A DNA stretch of 64,000 bases, from NCBI GenBank assembly GCA_963736285.1, contig CAVTOA010000003.1:153644-217643 (forward strand), in the 5' to 3' direction. The notes under the pieces were generated by a model, which did no database searches, was not told the DNA's origin, and was given only the letters and a program-made list of their open reading frames with translations. Source of the stretch: an uncultured Acidimicrobiales bacterium (lineage in GTDB: Bacteria; Actinomycetota; Actinomycetes; Mycobacteriales; QHCE01). The first letter of the stretch is position 1; each line of letters opens with the position of its first letter. This document shows positions 18,518-27,215 of the stretch, one piece after another. Made by a program: the position numbers and the translations under genes.

Positions 18518-19192
18518 TCACTCAGTTGCGCCGCTAGAAACACTGACCGCGCTCGCCAAAACCTTGTCGATGATGCCGTAGTTCTTGGCTTCTTCTGCCG
18601 TGAACCAACGGTCGCGATCGGAATCTTTCTCGATCTGCTCAACGGTCTGACCAGTATGGTGCGCGATGCGTTCTTGCATCATTTTCTTGGTGTAGAGCAT
18701 CTGCTCGGCCATGATCGCCACGTCGCTCGCGGTGCCGCCCAAACCACCGGAGGGCTGATGCATCATGATCTTGGTGTGCGGCAACGCAATGCGCTTTCCT
18801 GGCGTTCCGGCACACAAGATGAACTGGCCCATAGACGCGGCAAGTCCCATACCGACGGTTGCCACATCGTTGGGGATGTACTGCATGGTGTCGTAAATGG
18901 CCATACCCGCTGAGACAGAGCCGCCGGGCGAGTTGACGTACAACGAAATATCGCCTTCACGGTCTTCTGCGGACAGCAAAATGAGCTGCGCGCAAACCCG
19001 GTTGGCCATTTCGTCGTCGAACTCCTGACCAATGAAGATGATGCGCTCACGCAGGAGCCGATTGAACACTGAATCGTCGAAGTTCATGCCGCTAGGACTC
19101 GCTGCCCGATTGCTTACAGACGCGCGCTGGTGGTTAAGCAACGGAGAGCTCGACGGGACAGTTGGCTTTTGAGTGGGGTGCTGTTCAGTCAC
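18518..19192 (-). CDS. clpP1: ATP-dependent Clp protease proteolytic subunit 1
   Basis: 'GLAASMGQFIL' and 'MHQPSGG'. GTG start at 19192 (alternative ATG 19087). Confidence 0.9.
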   Translation of the reverse strand: MTEQHPTQKPTVPSSSPLLNHQRASVSNRAASPSGMNFDDSVFNRLLRERIIFIGQEFDDEMANRVCAQLILLSAEDREGDISLYVNSPGGSVSAGMAIYDTMQYIPNDVATVGMGLAASMGQFILCAGTPGKRIALPHTKIMMHQPSGGLGGTASDVAIMAEQMLYTKKMMQERIAHHTGQTVEQIEKDSDRDRWFTAEEAKNYGIIDKVLASAVSVSSGATE

Positions 19193-19290
19193 GCGTCGAC
19201 CCTAGCCCGAGTCGGCGAAAATACGAGACTGATCTGGCCGGTGTTCGCTCTCGGCTCAGCGACACCCCACTACATCAGCTGACAGCGAAC

Positions 19291-20637
19291 TTACGAGTTG
19301 GAAACGGCGCCAGCGGGAATCTGGCCGCGAATCGCGTCAACGTCGACTTTGGCACCAGCAGTATCGACCACGTTCACTCGCTCCAGCGTCAACGACAATG
19401 CCTTGCCACGCCGCAGATCCGCTGCGACCAGCGGCAGTTGCTGCGACTTGACCAAGTGGTCGGCGTAAGCCTGGGGCTCAATCCGAGCACCTTGCGCCCG
19501 CCGAACGATCTCTTGGGTCAGTTCGGCGTCGGTAACACCCAGCTCTTCGACATCCGCAACCGCATCGAGCACAAACTGTGAACGAACAGCTTCTTCGGAG
19601 TCCGAACGAAGCGTGGAGTCGAACTCCTCTTCCGTCTTGCCCTGGCCCTGAAGATAGGTGTTGATAGTGGCGCCCATCTGCTCCAAATAGCCAGTCAGCT
19701 GCTGCTTGCGGTACGCCACCTCGCTCTCCACCACTCGTTCCGGCAAGGGGATGTCGACAGCACCCAGCAACGCCTGCAACGCGCGGTCACGAGCCTGTAC
19801 CGCTTGCTCGTGAGCACGTGTCCGAGACAACCGCTCACGCAGACCGACACGCAGCTCTTCTACCGCGTCGAACTCGCTTGCTGACTGCGCAAACTCATCG
19901 TTGAGCTCGGGGAGTTCTTTTTCTTTGACCGCACGGATTGTGGCGGTTACCTCGGCTGTCTCGCCCGCGTACTGGCCGCCCACCAGCGTCGTGGTGAAGA
20001 CCGCTTCCTCGCCGGCTGATTTGCCACGGACGGCATCGTCAAGACCATCGAGAAGGTCGCCGCTGCCCACACGATGGGAGATGTTGGAGGCACTACCATC
20101 GGCGATCTCTTCACCGCCTACCGTGGCACGCAGGTCGAGGTTAATGAAGTCGTCGTTGGCCGCCGCGCGTTCTACAGTCTTCAAAGTGGAGAAACGATCG
20201 CGTAGCTTGACAAGCTCATCGTCCACATCGGTGTCGCTGACCTCAATCTCGTCAACCAGCACCTCGAGGGTGGAGAAGTCTGGCAACTCGAGCTCTGGAC
20301 GGACATCGACCTCGGCACTAAATGCCAGTTTCTCGCCGTCGGCTAGTTCTTTGAGGTCGATCTCAGGCTGGCCAAGCACGCGGAGCTTGTGCTCTTGGTA
20401 TGCCTGCGTCAAATAGTGAGGAACAGCGTTGTTGATGCTCTCCTCAAGTACAGCCGCCCTACCTACCCGCTTGTCAATGAGACTGGGCGGAACTTTGCCC
20501 TTGCGGAATCCTGGGATCGAGATCTGCTTGCTGATGGTCTTGTAAGCCTTGTCGATACTCGGCTTAAGCTCGTCGAAGGGCACCTCAATATCTAGCCGTA
20601 CCCGGGTTGGACTCAGGGTTTCGACGGTGCTCTCCAC
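19291..20637 (-). CDS. tig: Trigger factor
   Basis: Ribosome-binding signature 'GFRKGKVP'. GTG start with an AGGAG RBS. Lies in tig-clpP1-clpP2-clpX order. Confidence 0.95.
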   Translation of the reverse strand: MESTVETLSPTRVRLDIEVPFDELKPSIDKAYKTISKQISIPGFRKGKVPPSLIDKRVGRAAVLEESINNAVPHYLTQAYQEHKLRVLGQPEIDLKELADGEKLAFSAEVDVRPELELPDFSTLEVLVDEIEVSDTDVDDELVKLRDRFSTLKTVERAAANDDFINLDLRATVGGEEIADGSASNISHRVGSGDLLDGLDDAVRGKSAGEEAVFTTTLVGGQYAGETAEVTATIRAVKEKELPELNDEFAQSASEFDAVEELRVGLRERLSRTRAHEQAVQARDRALQALLGAVDIPLPERVVESEVAYRKQQLTGYLEQMGATINTYLQGQGKTEEEFDSTLRSDSEEAVRSQFVLDAVADVEELGVTDAELTQEIVRRAQGARIEPQAYADHLVKSQQLPLVAADLRRGKALSLTLERVNVVDTAGAKVDVDAIRGQIPAGAVSNS

Positions 20638-20739
20638 GTGCGGACTCCTATACGTTCTGCGAATATTGTGGCGGCAACTGACTCATAGCAACGAACAGCT
20701 TTCTGGCCGATCACTCGCACTAGGGAAGCTGTGCGTGCG

Positions 20740-20803
20740 GCCGCCTAAATTTACCGAAACACGATCATGCCACGGCGGCCTCCAGGCTTGGAAACCCGGG
20801 CTA
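20740..20803. repeat. Copy 1 of a 64-bp repeat (tig upstream region)
   Basis: 53/64 ungapped identity with 22102-22165. The conserved core is CGATCATGCCACGG..CTTGGA.ACCCGGGCTA. Confidence 0.7.
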
Positions 20804-20880
20804 CGTGGGTGGCAAAAAAAAGAAAACTAGTACGAGATTCCCGATAAGCCAAGTAGGCCCTTTACAAGTCATGCTCCAAT

Positions 20881-21783
20881 ATGGTTATGCCTACTACCAC
20901 TGAACTCGGTCTCGATGAGGTCATCAAAGGGATAAAGCCCCACGAGGTACTTGGGGTCCCCCAAGTACCTACAGTCGAGGAACTGAAGAGTGCATACCGG
21001 GAAGCGATAAAAGCATTCCATCCCGACACGGCGCAAAATTGCAGCCCCGAACGCATGGAACAACTTCGCAAGGCTACGGGCATGCTGAATGAAGCGTATG
21101 CGAAATTGCTTCCCGAGGCGCAAGCACGCGATGCCAGCCGTCAGCAAGAAGCAATGCAGACTGCTCTCGGAGGGGCGACTAATCGTCCTCGGCAACCTAG
21201 TGCAGGACCGTATTCTGACGCAGACGAAGCACGTCTTCAGATGACGTGGCGGCGCAACAGGGCTTGGAGCGGTGCGTTGGCGAGGCTACAAAAAGGAGGA
21301 CTCCCAACTGACTCAATGCAAAATAAATCCGGTAGGTACTCAACACCAAACACTGCTGACTTAGCGGCTCAGGGTCTAGGTGAAAGCAACCAAGCGCTTA
21401 GTAATCAAATGGGTCAAGCGAATCTCTACGCTGATCAAGTCCTTGAGATTTTGGAACAAGCAGTTCGTCAGGCCATCCGCCTAGGTAATGCCGAAGCGCA
21501 GCTCCTTCACGCCAACGAGCAAGGTGCAGCGCCTCACATTCTCGAGGACCTCGAACAAGAGTGGACGGACCTTGCAAGGGCTCACGAGACCAGCTGGCAA
21601 GAGTTGATAAAACTTCTAAATGCTCCTCAAGTAGGCACACAGCCGCCACAAGCCAACGACACGACACCCGGCAAACCCGTCCGGTTCGTAATCGTTGATC
21701 CCCGCGCCCGGGCGGGAAAGGGAACAGGGAACAGTCAAAAACCAGTAGACCTACGCAGTAGCAAGTCTCGGCAATTTCTGTGA
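20881..21783 (+). CDS. Orphan J-domain (DnaJ-like) protein with Q/A-rich C-terminal region
   Basis: 'EVLGVPQVPTVEELKSAYREAIKAFHPDTAQ' contains the HPD tripeptide. There is no Gly/Phe or zinc-finger region. GC is ~52%, below backbone. Confidence 0.7.
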   Translation: MVMPTTTELGLDEVIKGIKPHEVLGVPQVPTVEELKSAYREAIKAFHPDTAQNCSPERMEQLRKATGMLNEAYAKLLPEAQARDASRQQEAMQTALGGATNRPRQPSAGPYSDADEARLQMTWRRNRAWSGALARLQKGGLPTDSMQNKSGRYSTPNTADLAAQGLGESNQALSNQMGQANLYADQVLEILEQAVRQAIRLGNAEAQLLHANEQGAAPHILEDLEQEWTDLARAHETSWQELIKLLNAPQVGTQPPQANDTTPGKPVRFVIVDPRARAGKGTGNSQKPVDLRSSKSRQFL

Positions 21784-21898
21784 CTCCGCAAAGTCCAACA
21801 CGACAACTTTGCGTCCTAACCAGATGGTCGTGACGCAGCCACCTGCGGCTGCCTGGAATACGTAATCTACGGGGGCACACGGAACGCCATCCCATCGC

Positions 21899-21958
21899 GA
21901 AGTGGCTAATCATTTTCCTGCACAGTATTGTGCTATGCAGAAAATGATTAGCCACTTC
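21899..21958. other. 23-bp-stem hairpin (one bulged C) 25 bp from the island-boundary repeat
   Basis: GAAGTGGCTAATCATTTTC(C)TGCA (21899-21922), 13-nt loop, TGCAGAAAATGATTAGCCACTTC (21936-21958). Confidence 0.6.
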
Positions 21959-21982
21959 TGCCGAGCGACGCGTGTAATCTAC

Positions 21983-22067
21983 CGTCCACATAAGACGGTC
22001 GGGATGACAGGATTTGAACCTGCGACCCCTCGCTCCCAAAGCGAGTGCGCTACCAAGCTGCGCTACA
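21983..22067 (-). repeat. attL-like direct repeat: 16 nt of 3' flank plus a 5'-truncated tRNA-Pro(TGG) copy (69 of 74 nt)
   Basis: 83/85 identical to 25403-25487 (mismatches at 21997 and 22025). It lacks the 5' CGGGA of the acceptor stem, so it cannot fold as a tRNA. Confidence 0.85.
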
Positions 22068-22101
22068 GCTTCTCGCTATCTCAGGAGGAATTGCTGCGTC
22101 A

Positions 22102-22165
22102 GCCGCCCAAATTTGTCGAAATGCGATCATGCCACGGTGGTCTCTCGCCTTGGAGACCCGGGCTA
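22102..22165. repeat. Copy 2 of the 64-bp repeat, 34 bp from the truncated tRNA-Pro fragment
   Basis: 53/64 identity to 20740-20803. Weaker gapped similarity continues across 22068-22101 versus 20698-20739. Confidence 0.7.
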
Positions 22166-22286
22166 TGCCGCAGGCTATGCCATTATCGGTGAGTTCCTCC
22201 CACAAGCGACGCCATAACGGCGCAGAGACAAAAAGGCTACACGTATGCTCTTGCTGCTGTCGTCTGCGTGAACGAGAGGCTGTTCC

Positions 22287-22972
22287 ATGCAAGTATCAGC
22301 CGTTACTTTCGACGGTGACGGAACTCTGTGGGACGTATTCGCCGCAGCGCGCCAAGCATTAGCAATGGTCGCTAAGTACATAAACAATATGAAGAAAGCA
22401 AGCGCCCAGTCACTGTCGAGACCCTCGAACAGGCTCGCCACATCGTTGCAGAGGCGCATCCACATTGGAGCATGGAGCAGGTGCGCCGTACATCGTTTGC
22501 ACATGTTCTCGGGCACAGCAAACCCGCCGGAGCTAGCGTTAGTGCACTCTGGACCAGTTTTGTGACGCAGCGCTGGGCCAACACTCGCCCATTCGATGAT
22601 GTAGTGCCGACCTTGCGTAGCCTCCGCGCAGTCGGCATCAAGACTGGTTTGCTGTCGAACGGCAATACTCGACCCGAAAACGTTGGCTTGGACGGTCTAT
22701 TTGACTTCGTGTTGGTCTCCGAGTTTGAGGGGATTCGAAAACCAGATCCCGTGGTGTTCGCGAACGCAGCCAGTGACCTGGAGTGCGCTCCAAGAGACAT
22801 TTTGCATGTAGGTGACGACATAACCGATGACTACGCGGCAAGTAAAAATGCTGGCTTCCAAGCGCTTTTATTACAACGGAACACTCCCTATATTGCCAAC
22901 GACTCCACGGCATCTCTTACAACACTGACCGAATTACCGCCTCTCATTCAGAGGCCAACAGGCAACAATTAA
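22287..22972 (+). pseudogene. HAD-superfamily hydrolase, frameshifted
   Basis: Motif I 'VTFDGDGTLWD' is in the frame of ORF 22287. Motifs II-IV ('LLSNG', 'KPDP', 'HVGDDITDD') are in the frame of ORF 22472. Confidence 0.7.
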
Positions 22973-23066
22973 ACAAATATTTCAAGAGCAAAGATGGCAG
23001 TGGAGTAATTGGCGAAGATAAGGACCGAGGAAGACTACCAAAGCTGCGGTAGAGAGCCGCCATTTC

Positions 23067-23643
23067 TTGCTTTTCCTAAATAGGATAATCAGAAGAACTC
23101 CACAATTCGATGCGCGATTCCTAGTCAACTTGTCAAATCCAAATCTTCCCATCAAATTCGACGGAAGCTCTTTCTGGTGCGCGGAGGAAGCACTGGAATT
23201 GTCAGCAGTCGGCGCTACATGGTTGGGGGCATCAGCCTTCTGCCAATGGATTGGAGGCCGGCTGCCGACGCGCCATGAGTGGTTTAGTGCAGCAAGCAAC
23301 AGTGCAGGGGATCCATATCCTTGGGGAAGGTCTGCACCCGATCCTGCTAGAGCGAACTATGGACACCACAAGTCCGGCCCGACAAAATCCGGTACATACC
23401 CCGCGACAGCGCATGGCTTTTTCGATCTCGTCGGCAACGTCAAGAGAGTGGTGCCTCGATCGCCCTTCGTCACTAGACCCACAAGATGCTACGCAGCGTT
23501 ACGTCGTTGGTGGCGGCTGGAGTAGTCCCCCAAGCGATCTACACATAAGGCAAGCAATCAAAAAAATAGCCGTCATGGGCAGTTCTAGCTGTGGCTTCAG
23601 AGTCAACTTTCCTCACGATCGCTGCAGCCAAGCGAGTTCCTAG
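23067..23643 (+). pseudogene. FGE/SUMF1-type (formylglycine-generating-enzyme-like) domain protein, frameshifted and short
   Basis: 'CQWIGGRLPTRHEW..YPWG..ANY..GTYPATAHGFFDLVGNV' is followed in another frame by 'EWCLD..YVVGGGW..GFRV'. The shift maps to ~23440-23460 (gtcaagagagtgg). Confidence 0.65.
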
Positions 23644-23762
23644 TTCGACAGCATCTACTCCGAAATGCTCGCAACACGCTTGCTACCGCGTGCTTAATTC
23701 ATTTAAATCATTTGCCCGCACAGGATTTTCCTCCGCAGGAAAATCTTCTGTAGGATCATGAC

Positions 23763-25182
23763 GTGGTCTTTTACAACCGAACCGACGAAATTGCCATGCT
23801 CACCGAGCGATGTACCAGCACAAGCGCTGAACTGCTTGTCGTATATGGACGGCGTCGCATCGGGAAAACGGAGCTGATTACTCATCTGGCAGAAGGCCAT
23901 CGTTCGCTGTACTTCGAAGCCACCGATTCGGTCATGCTGGATCAGCTCAGGGACCTCAGTGCGGAACTCGCTCTTGCCTCCGAAAATAAGCTGCTCGCGG
24001 CCCAACCACTTACTCACTGGCAGGCGGCCCTAACTGCTATCGCCCAATTCGTGGGCGATCAACCCACGCTCATCGTGCTTGACGAATTCCAGCTTCTCGC
24101 AAAACAAGCCCCAGCGCTCGAGAGTCTACTTAGCCGCTGGTGGCGCACGACAGGGCGGACGTTGCCGGTCACGTTGATCTTGGCCGGCAGTGAGATCTCA
24201 TTTTTCGAAGACCAAGTACTGGCTGGCCGCCTCTATGGGCGCCGCACCGGGCAGCTAAAATTGTCGCCTTTTCTGGCGAAAGAGGCGGCGCTATTTCACC
24301 ACGGGTATAGCCCGGTAGACCGAGTTCGGGCTTATTCGATCTGCGGTGGCATTCCTTATTATCTAGACCGTTTTCACGACCGCCAGCCGCTTAAGTATCA
24401 CTTGCTTCATGAAATTTTTGAACGCACCGGTCTGTTACACGATGAAGCAGAACTGATGCTCCGTCAGTCCATTGCCGACCCTACTAATCACATCGCCGTA
24501 TTGCGTTCTATTGCCCATGGACACAACCGCAACAACGATATTTGCCAACGCACCCAGCTCACGCCCGCACACATTAGCAAACTCATTAACTCACTTGAGC
24601 GTCTTGGTCTTATCGAACAATTGCGCCCTATTACTGCTTCTTCCAGATCAAAAAAGACCGCATACTCAATTAGCGATCATTTTCTTCGTTTTCATTATCG
24701 TTTTGTAGAACCCGCAAAATCGCAGCTGCGCACTACCGAACTAGCCAAGCGCTACCTAACAGATACTGTGTTGCCACAGCTAGACCACTACGCCTCGCTT
24801 GCGTGGGAAGACATCTGCCGGCAGCATGTTTTGCGCGTCCATGCCGAGGTGACCTCAGTGGGGCGATGGTGGGGACAAGTTCCCGTCGAAGACAAAGCCA
24901 GTCGTCGCACTCGAGGAACGTGAAATTGACGTTGTCGGAGTTACCGCCACCGGACATCCCGTTGCGATAGGGATGTGTAAATGGACTAACAGAAAAGTTG
25001 ACTTTGACGAATTGAATGTGCTTGACCGGCTAGCGCACCATATCGACAGTTATCAGACAGGAGCGGACCGCTATATATTCTCCCGCAGTGGCTTTACCAT
25101 CAAACTGGTCGAGCATGCGAAAACAGATGTACACCTACATCTCATAACGCCAGCTGATATTTACTCTTCTTCAATTGAATAG
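23763..25182 (+). pseudogene. AAA ATPase (PF01637-like) with wHTH and C-terminal DUF234 domain, frameshifted near 24853-24921
   Basis: Walker A 'GRRRIGKT', Walker B 'LIVLDEF', wHTH 'LTPAHISKLINSLERLGLIEQ' and 'DHFLRFHYRFVEP'. The C-terminus 'EIDVVGV..GMCKWTNRKV' continues in the frame of ORF 24973. Confidence 0.75.
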
Positions 25183-25418
25183 AAGGCTTCGGCAGAACTA
25201 ATCCAACAGCTCGGTCGACCTGATGAGACGGACGGGTTGGTTCTTGCGATTCGCATGTTTCCGGCTTCATCGCGTTCCCAGCCTGGGGCTCCTCGGAGAG
25301 GTCTTCGCTGAACCTGTCGGAGAAGCCGCAGCATGTGATTCTGCAAAAGAAAAAATTAGAAAAAATTAGTCAGCGTCTACCCGGTCCTACACCGGGACTG
25401 ATCGTCCACATAAGACAG

Positions 25419-25492
25419 TCGGGATGACAGGATTTGAACCTGCGGCCCCTCGCTCCCAAAGCGAGTGCGCTACCAAGCTGCGCTACATCCCG
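25419..25492 (-). tRNA. tRNA-Pro (anticodon TGG)
   Basis: Full cloverleaf: acceptor CGGGATG/CATCCCG, anticodon arm CTCGC-TTTGGGA-GCGAG, T-arm GCAGG-TTCAAAT-CCTGT. Confidence 0.9.
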
Positions 25493-25657
25493 ATTTGCAG
25501 TGAGTACCTGCGGGCTGGAGTCTACGGCACCATTTATAGACAACGCCGACCAACCCACCCCGAGTTAAACGGGACCGCTGACCACCATCCGAATGTGCCA
25601 TCCGCTACGCTGACACGCGGTGCACGGATGGCACACAAGTACATTCGTGAACCAATT

Positions 25658-25731
25658 GCGGGCGTAGCTCAATGGTAGAGTCTCAGTCTTCCAAACTGAT
25701 GGTGCGGGTTCGATTCCCGTCGCCCGCTCCA
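25658..25731 (+). tRNA. tRNA-Gly (anticodon TCC), CCA encoded
   Basis: Acceptor GCGGGCG/CGCCCGC, anticodon arm TCAGT-CTTCCAA-ACTGA, T-loop TTCGATT. Confidence 0.9.
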
Positions 25732-26185
25732 CTGTGAAGTCGCAGGTACGCAACCTGATAACAGTTCTCGTCACTGTTGCTAGCGGTACCCATTGCACTA
25801 GCCGTGCCACCCACGTGCCATTACCAAACGCAATGACGTTCTCACTTTCCGTTACTCCTAAATAGAGGACCACCCTCCACACATGGTCCTAGATTCACCA
25901 CGCCGCGCTGAGCAGCGATTGTCGTGTTTGAGCATTCCACGTCGCGGGCATGCACATCCCAACAACACAACGGCACACCACGGCGGTGCCCTCATAATCC
26001 ACGGCGGAAAACCGCATCTGGCCGACTCGTGGAGGAGAGTAGGTGCATTGAAACGATCCCCCGGGCAACAGCGATGACATCTATAGCGCAATATCCATGG
26101 GCGGGCGATTTGCCCGTATTGGTCGTTTGGATGGTTCATGCACAATTTGTTTAGTACAGCGAGGACCGCGCGGGGAGGTAATGCG

Positions 26186-26608
26186 ATGCGTGCACAGCTC
26201 ACGCTCGAACCCAGAGCAGCCAGTCCCCGTCGCGCCCGTCATTTCACCGCTGGCGTCCTCACCGAATGGGGCTTGGCCTCAGACTGCGACAATGTGGTTG
26301 AGTCAGCAATCTTGCTTGTGAGCGAGCTGGTGACAAATGCCGTCCTCCACGCGCATTCGGGCGTGGAGCTCATCATTGACCGCCCCTACCCCGTCCAAGA
26401 CGCCACCACTATGGGCCCTGGGGAACGCGCCGATGGCGTCATTCGCATCGAAGTGAGAGACCGCAGCGCCGAAAATCCGGTAGTGCGACACGTCGGACCC
26501 GAATCAACGACCGGACGCGGCCTGGCGCTCGTCGAAGCCCTGTCGCACCGCTGGGGTGTCTGTACTTCCTTTGATGGGAAGCAAGTGTGGTTTGAACTCT
26601 TGGCTTAG
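26186..26608 (+). CDS. Anti-sigma-factor-type serine kinase (HATPase_c_2, RsbW/SpoIIAB-like)
   Basis: 'SELVTNAVLHA', 'IEVRDRS', 'GRGLALVEALSHRWGV'. ATG 26186 with a GGAGG RBS. No adjacent STAS or sigma partner. Confidence 0.7.
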   Translation: MRAQLTLEPRAASPRRARHFTAGVLTEWGLASDCDNVVESAILLVSELVTNAVLHAHSGVELIIDRPYPVQDATTMGPGERADGVIRIEVRDRSAENPVVRHVGPESTTGRGLALVEALSHRWGVCTSFDGKQVWFELLA

Positions 26609-26624
26609 CGCGCGAGAGCTCTCT

Positions 26625-27107
26625 TTAGGAGTGGGCAGGGGTGGATACTTCCGCACCACGCTCATAGGTGTCTAATTCCGCGATCCGACGAATATGCCGC
26701 TCGGCGCCGGAAAAGTCGGTAGTCACGAACGTATTGACGATCGCCGTTGCTTCTTCCACCGAGTGCATCCGCGCCCCGACACCCAACACGTTCGCGTTGT
26801 TGTGTTCCCGTGCCAGCCGTGCCGTTTCCACACTCCAGCCCAGTGCCGCCCGCACACCCCGGACCTTGTTTGCCGCTATCTGCTCGCCGTTGCCCGAGCC
26901 CCCCAGCACAATTCCGAGACTTCCCGGATCTGCCACGACTTTTTGCCCAGTACGAACGCAAAACGACGGGTAGTCATCTTCGGGGTCGAAAGTGCTCGCA
27001 CCACAGTCGACAACCTCATACCCAGTGTCATGCAGGTATGTCAGGAGATGCTTCTTGAGGTCGAAGCCAGCGTGGTCGCCGCCAAGATAAACCCGGGAAG
27101 TAGCCAT
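26625..27107 (-). CDS. rpiB: Ribose-5-phosphate isomerase B
   Basis: 'GGDHAGFDLK' and 'GSGNGEQIAANK' in an ORF of RpiB/LacAB size (160 aa). Confidence 0.92.
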   Translation of the reverse strand: MATSRVYLGGDHAGFDLKKHLLTYLHDTGYEVVDCGASTFDPEDDYPSFCVRTGQKVVADPGSLGIVLGGSGNGEQIAANKVRGVRAALGWSVETARLAREHNNANVLGVGARMHSVEEATAIVNTFVTTDFSGAERHIRRIAELDTYERGAEVSTPAHS

Positions 27108-27215
27108 GGCGCACAGTCTGCCATCCCGCCCTGACGAATAGTGACTACCTCACCGCCGTCTCTTCCGCTGCCATCATCCACATTGGAGGCTTGCGTAGCA
27201 AACCCTGCCCAACGG

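Larger units (their letters stand above)
22068..25402. mobile_element. Decayed genomic island integrated at the 3' end of tRNA-Pro
   Basis: It is bounded by the 85-bp direct repeats and has lower, heterogeneous GC. All three recognisable genes are frameshifted. No integrase is detectable. Confidence 0.55.

Noticed and set aside
20740-20803. Conserved peptide 'PPKF.E.RSCHGGL..W.PGL' encoded by both copies of the 64-bp repeat on the + strand.
   Set aside because: Neither copy has a plausible start or RBS. One host ORF is antisense to tig and the other begins inside a hairpin. Only 3 of the 11 substitutions are synonymous. I treat it as a non-coding repeat.
21398-22039. ORFs running across tRNA sequences (21398..22039, 21902..22192, 25370..25558, 25565..25882, 51747..52331).
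   Set aside because: They include tRNA or tRNA-fragment sequence, have no RBS and show no protein-like features.
25161-25346. Possible tyrosine-integrase remnant next to the intact tRNA-Pro. The minus-strand translation contains 'NHMLRLLRQ', vaguely like the H-x-L-R box.
   Set aside because: It is only a 4-residue resemblance. No box II, catalytic Tyr region or extended similarity appears in any of the three frames I translated. It needs a tblastn or profile test and is not reportable as a feature.
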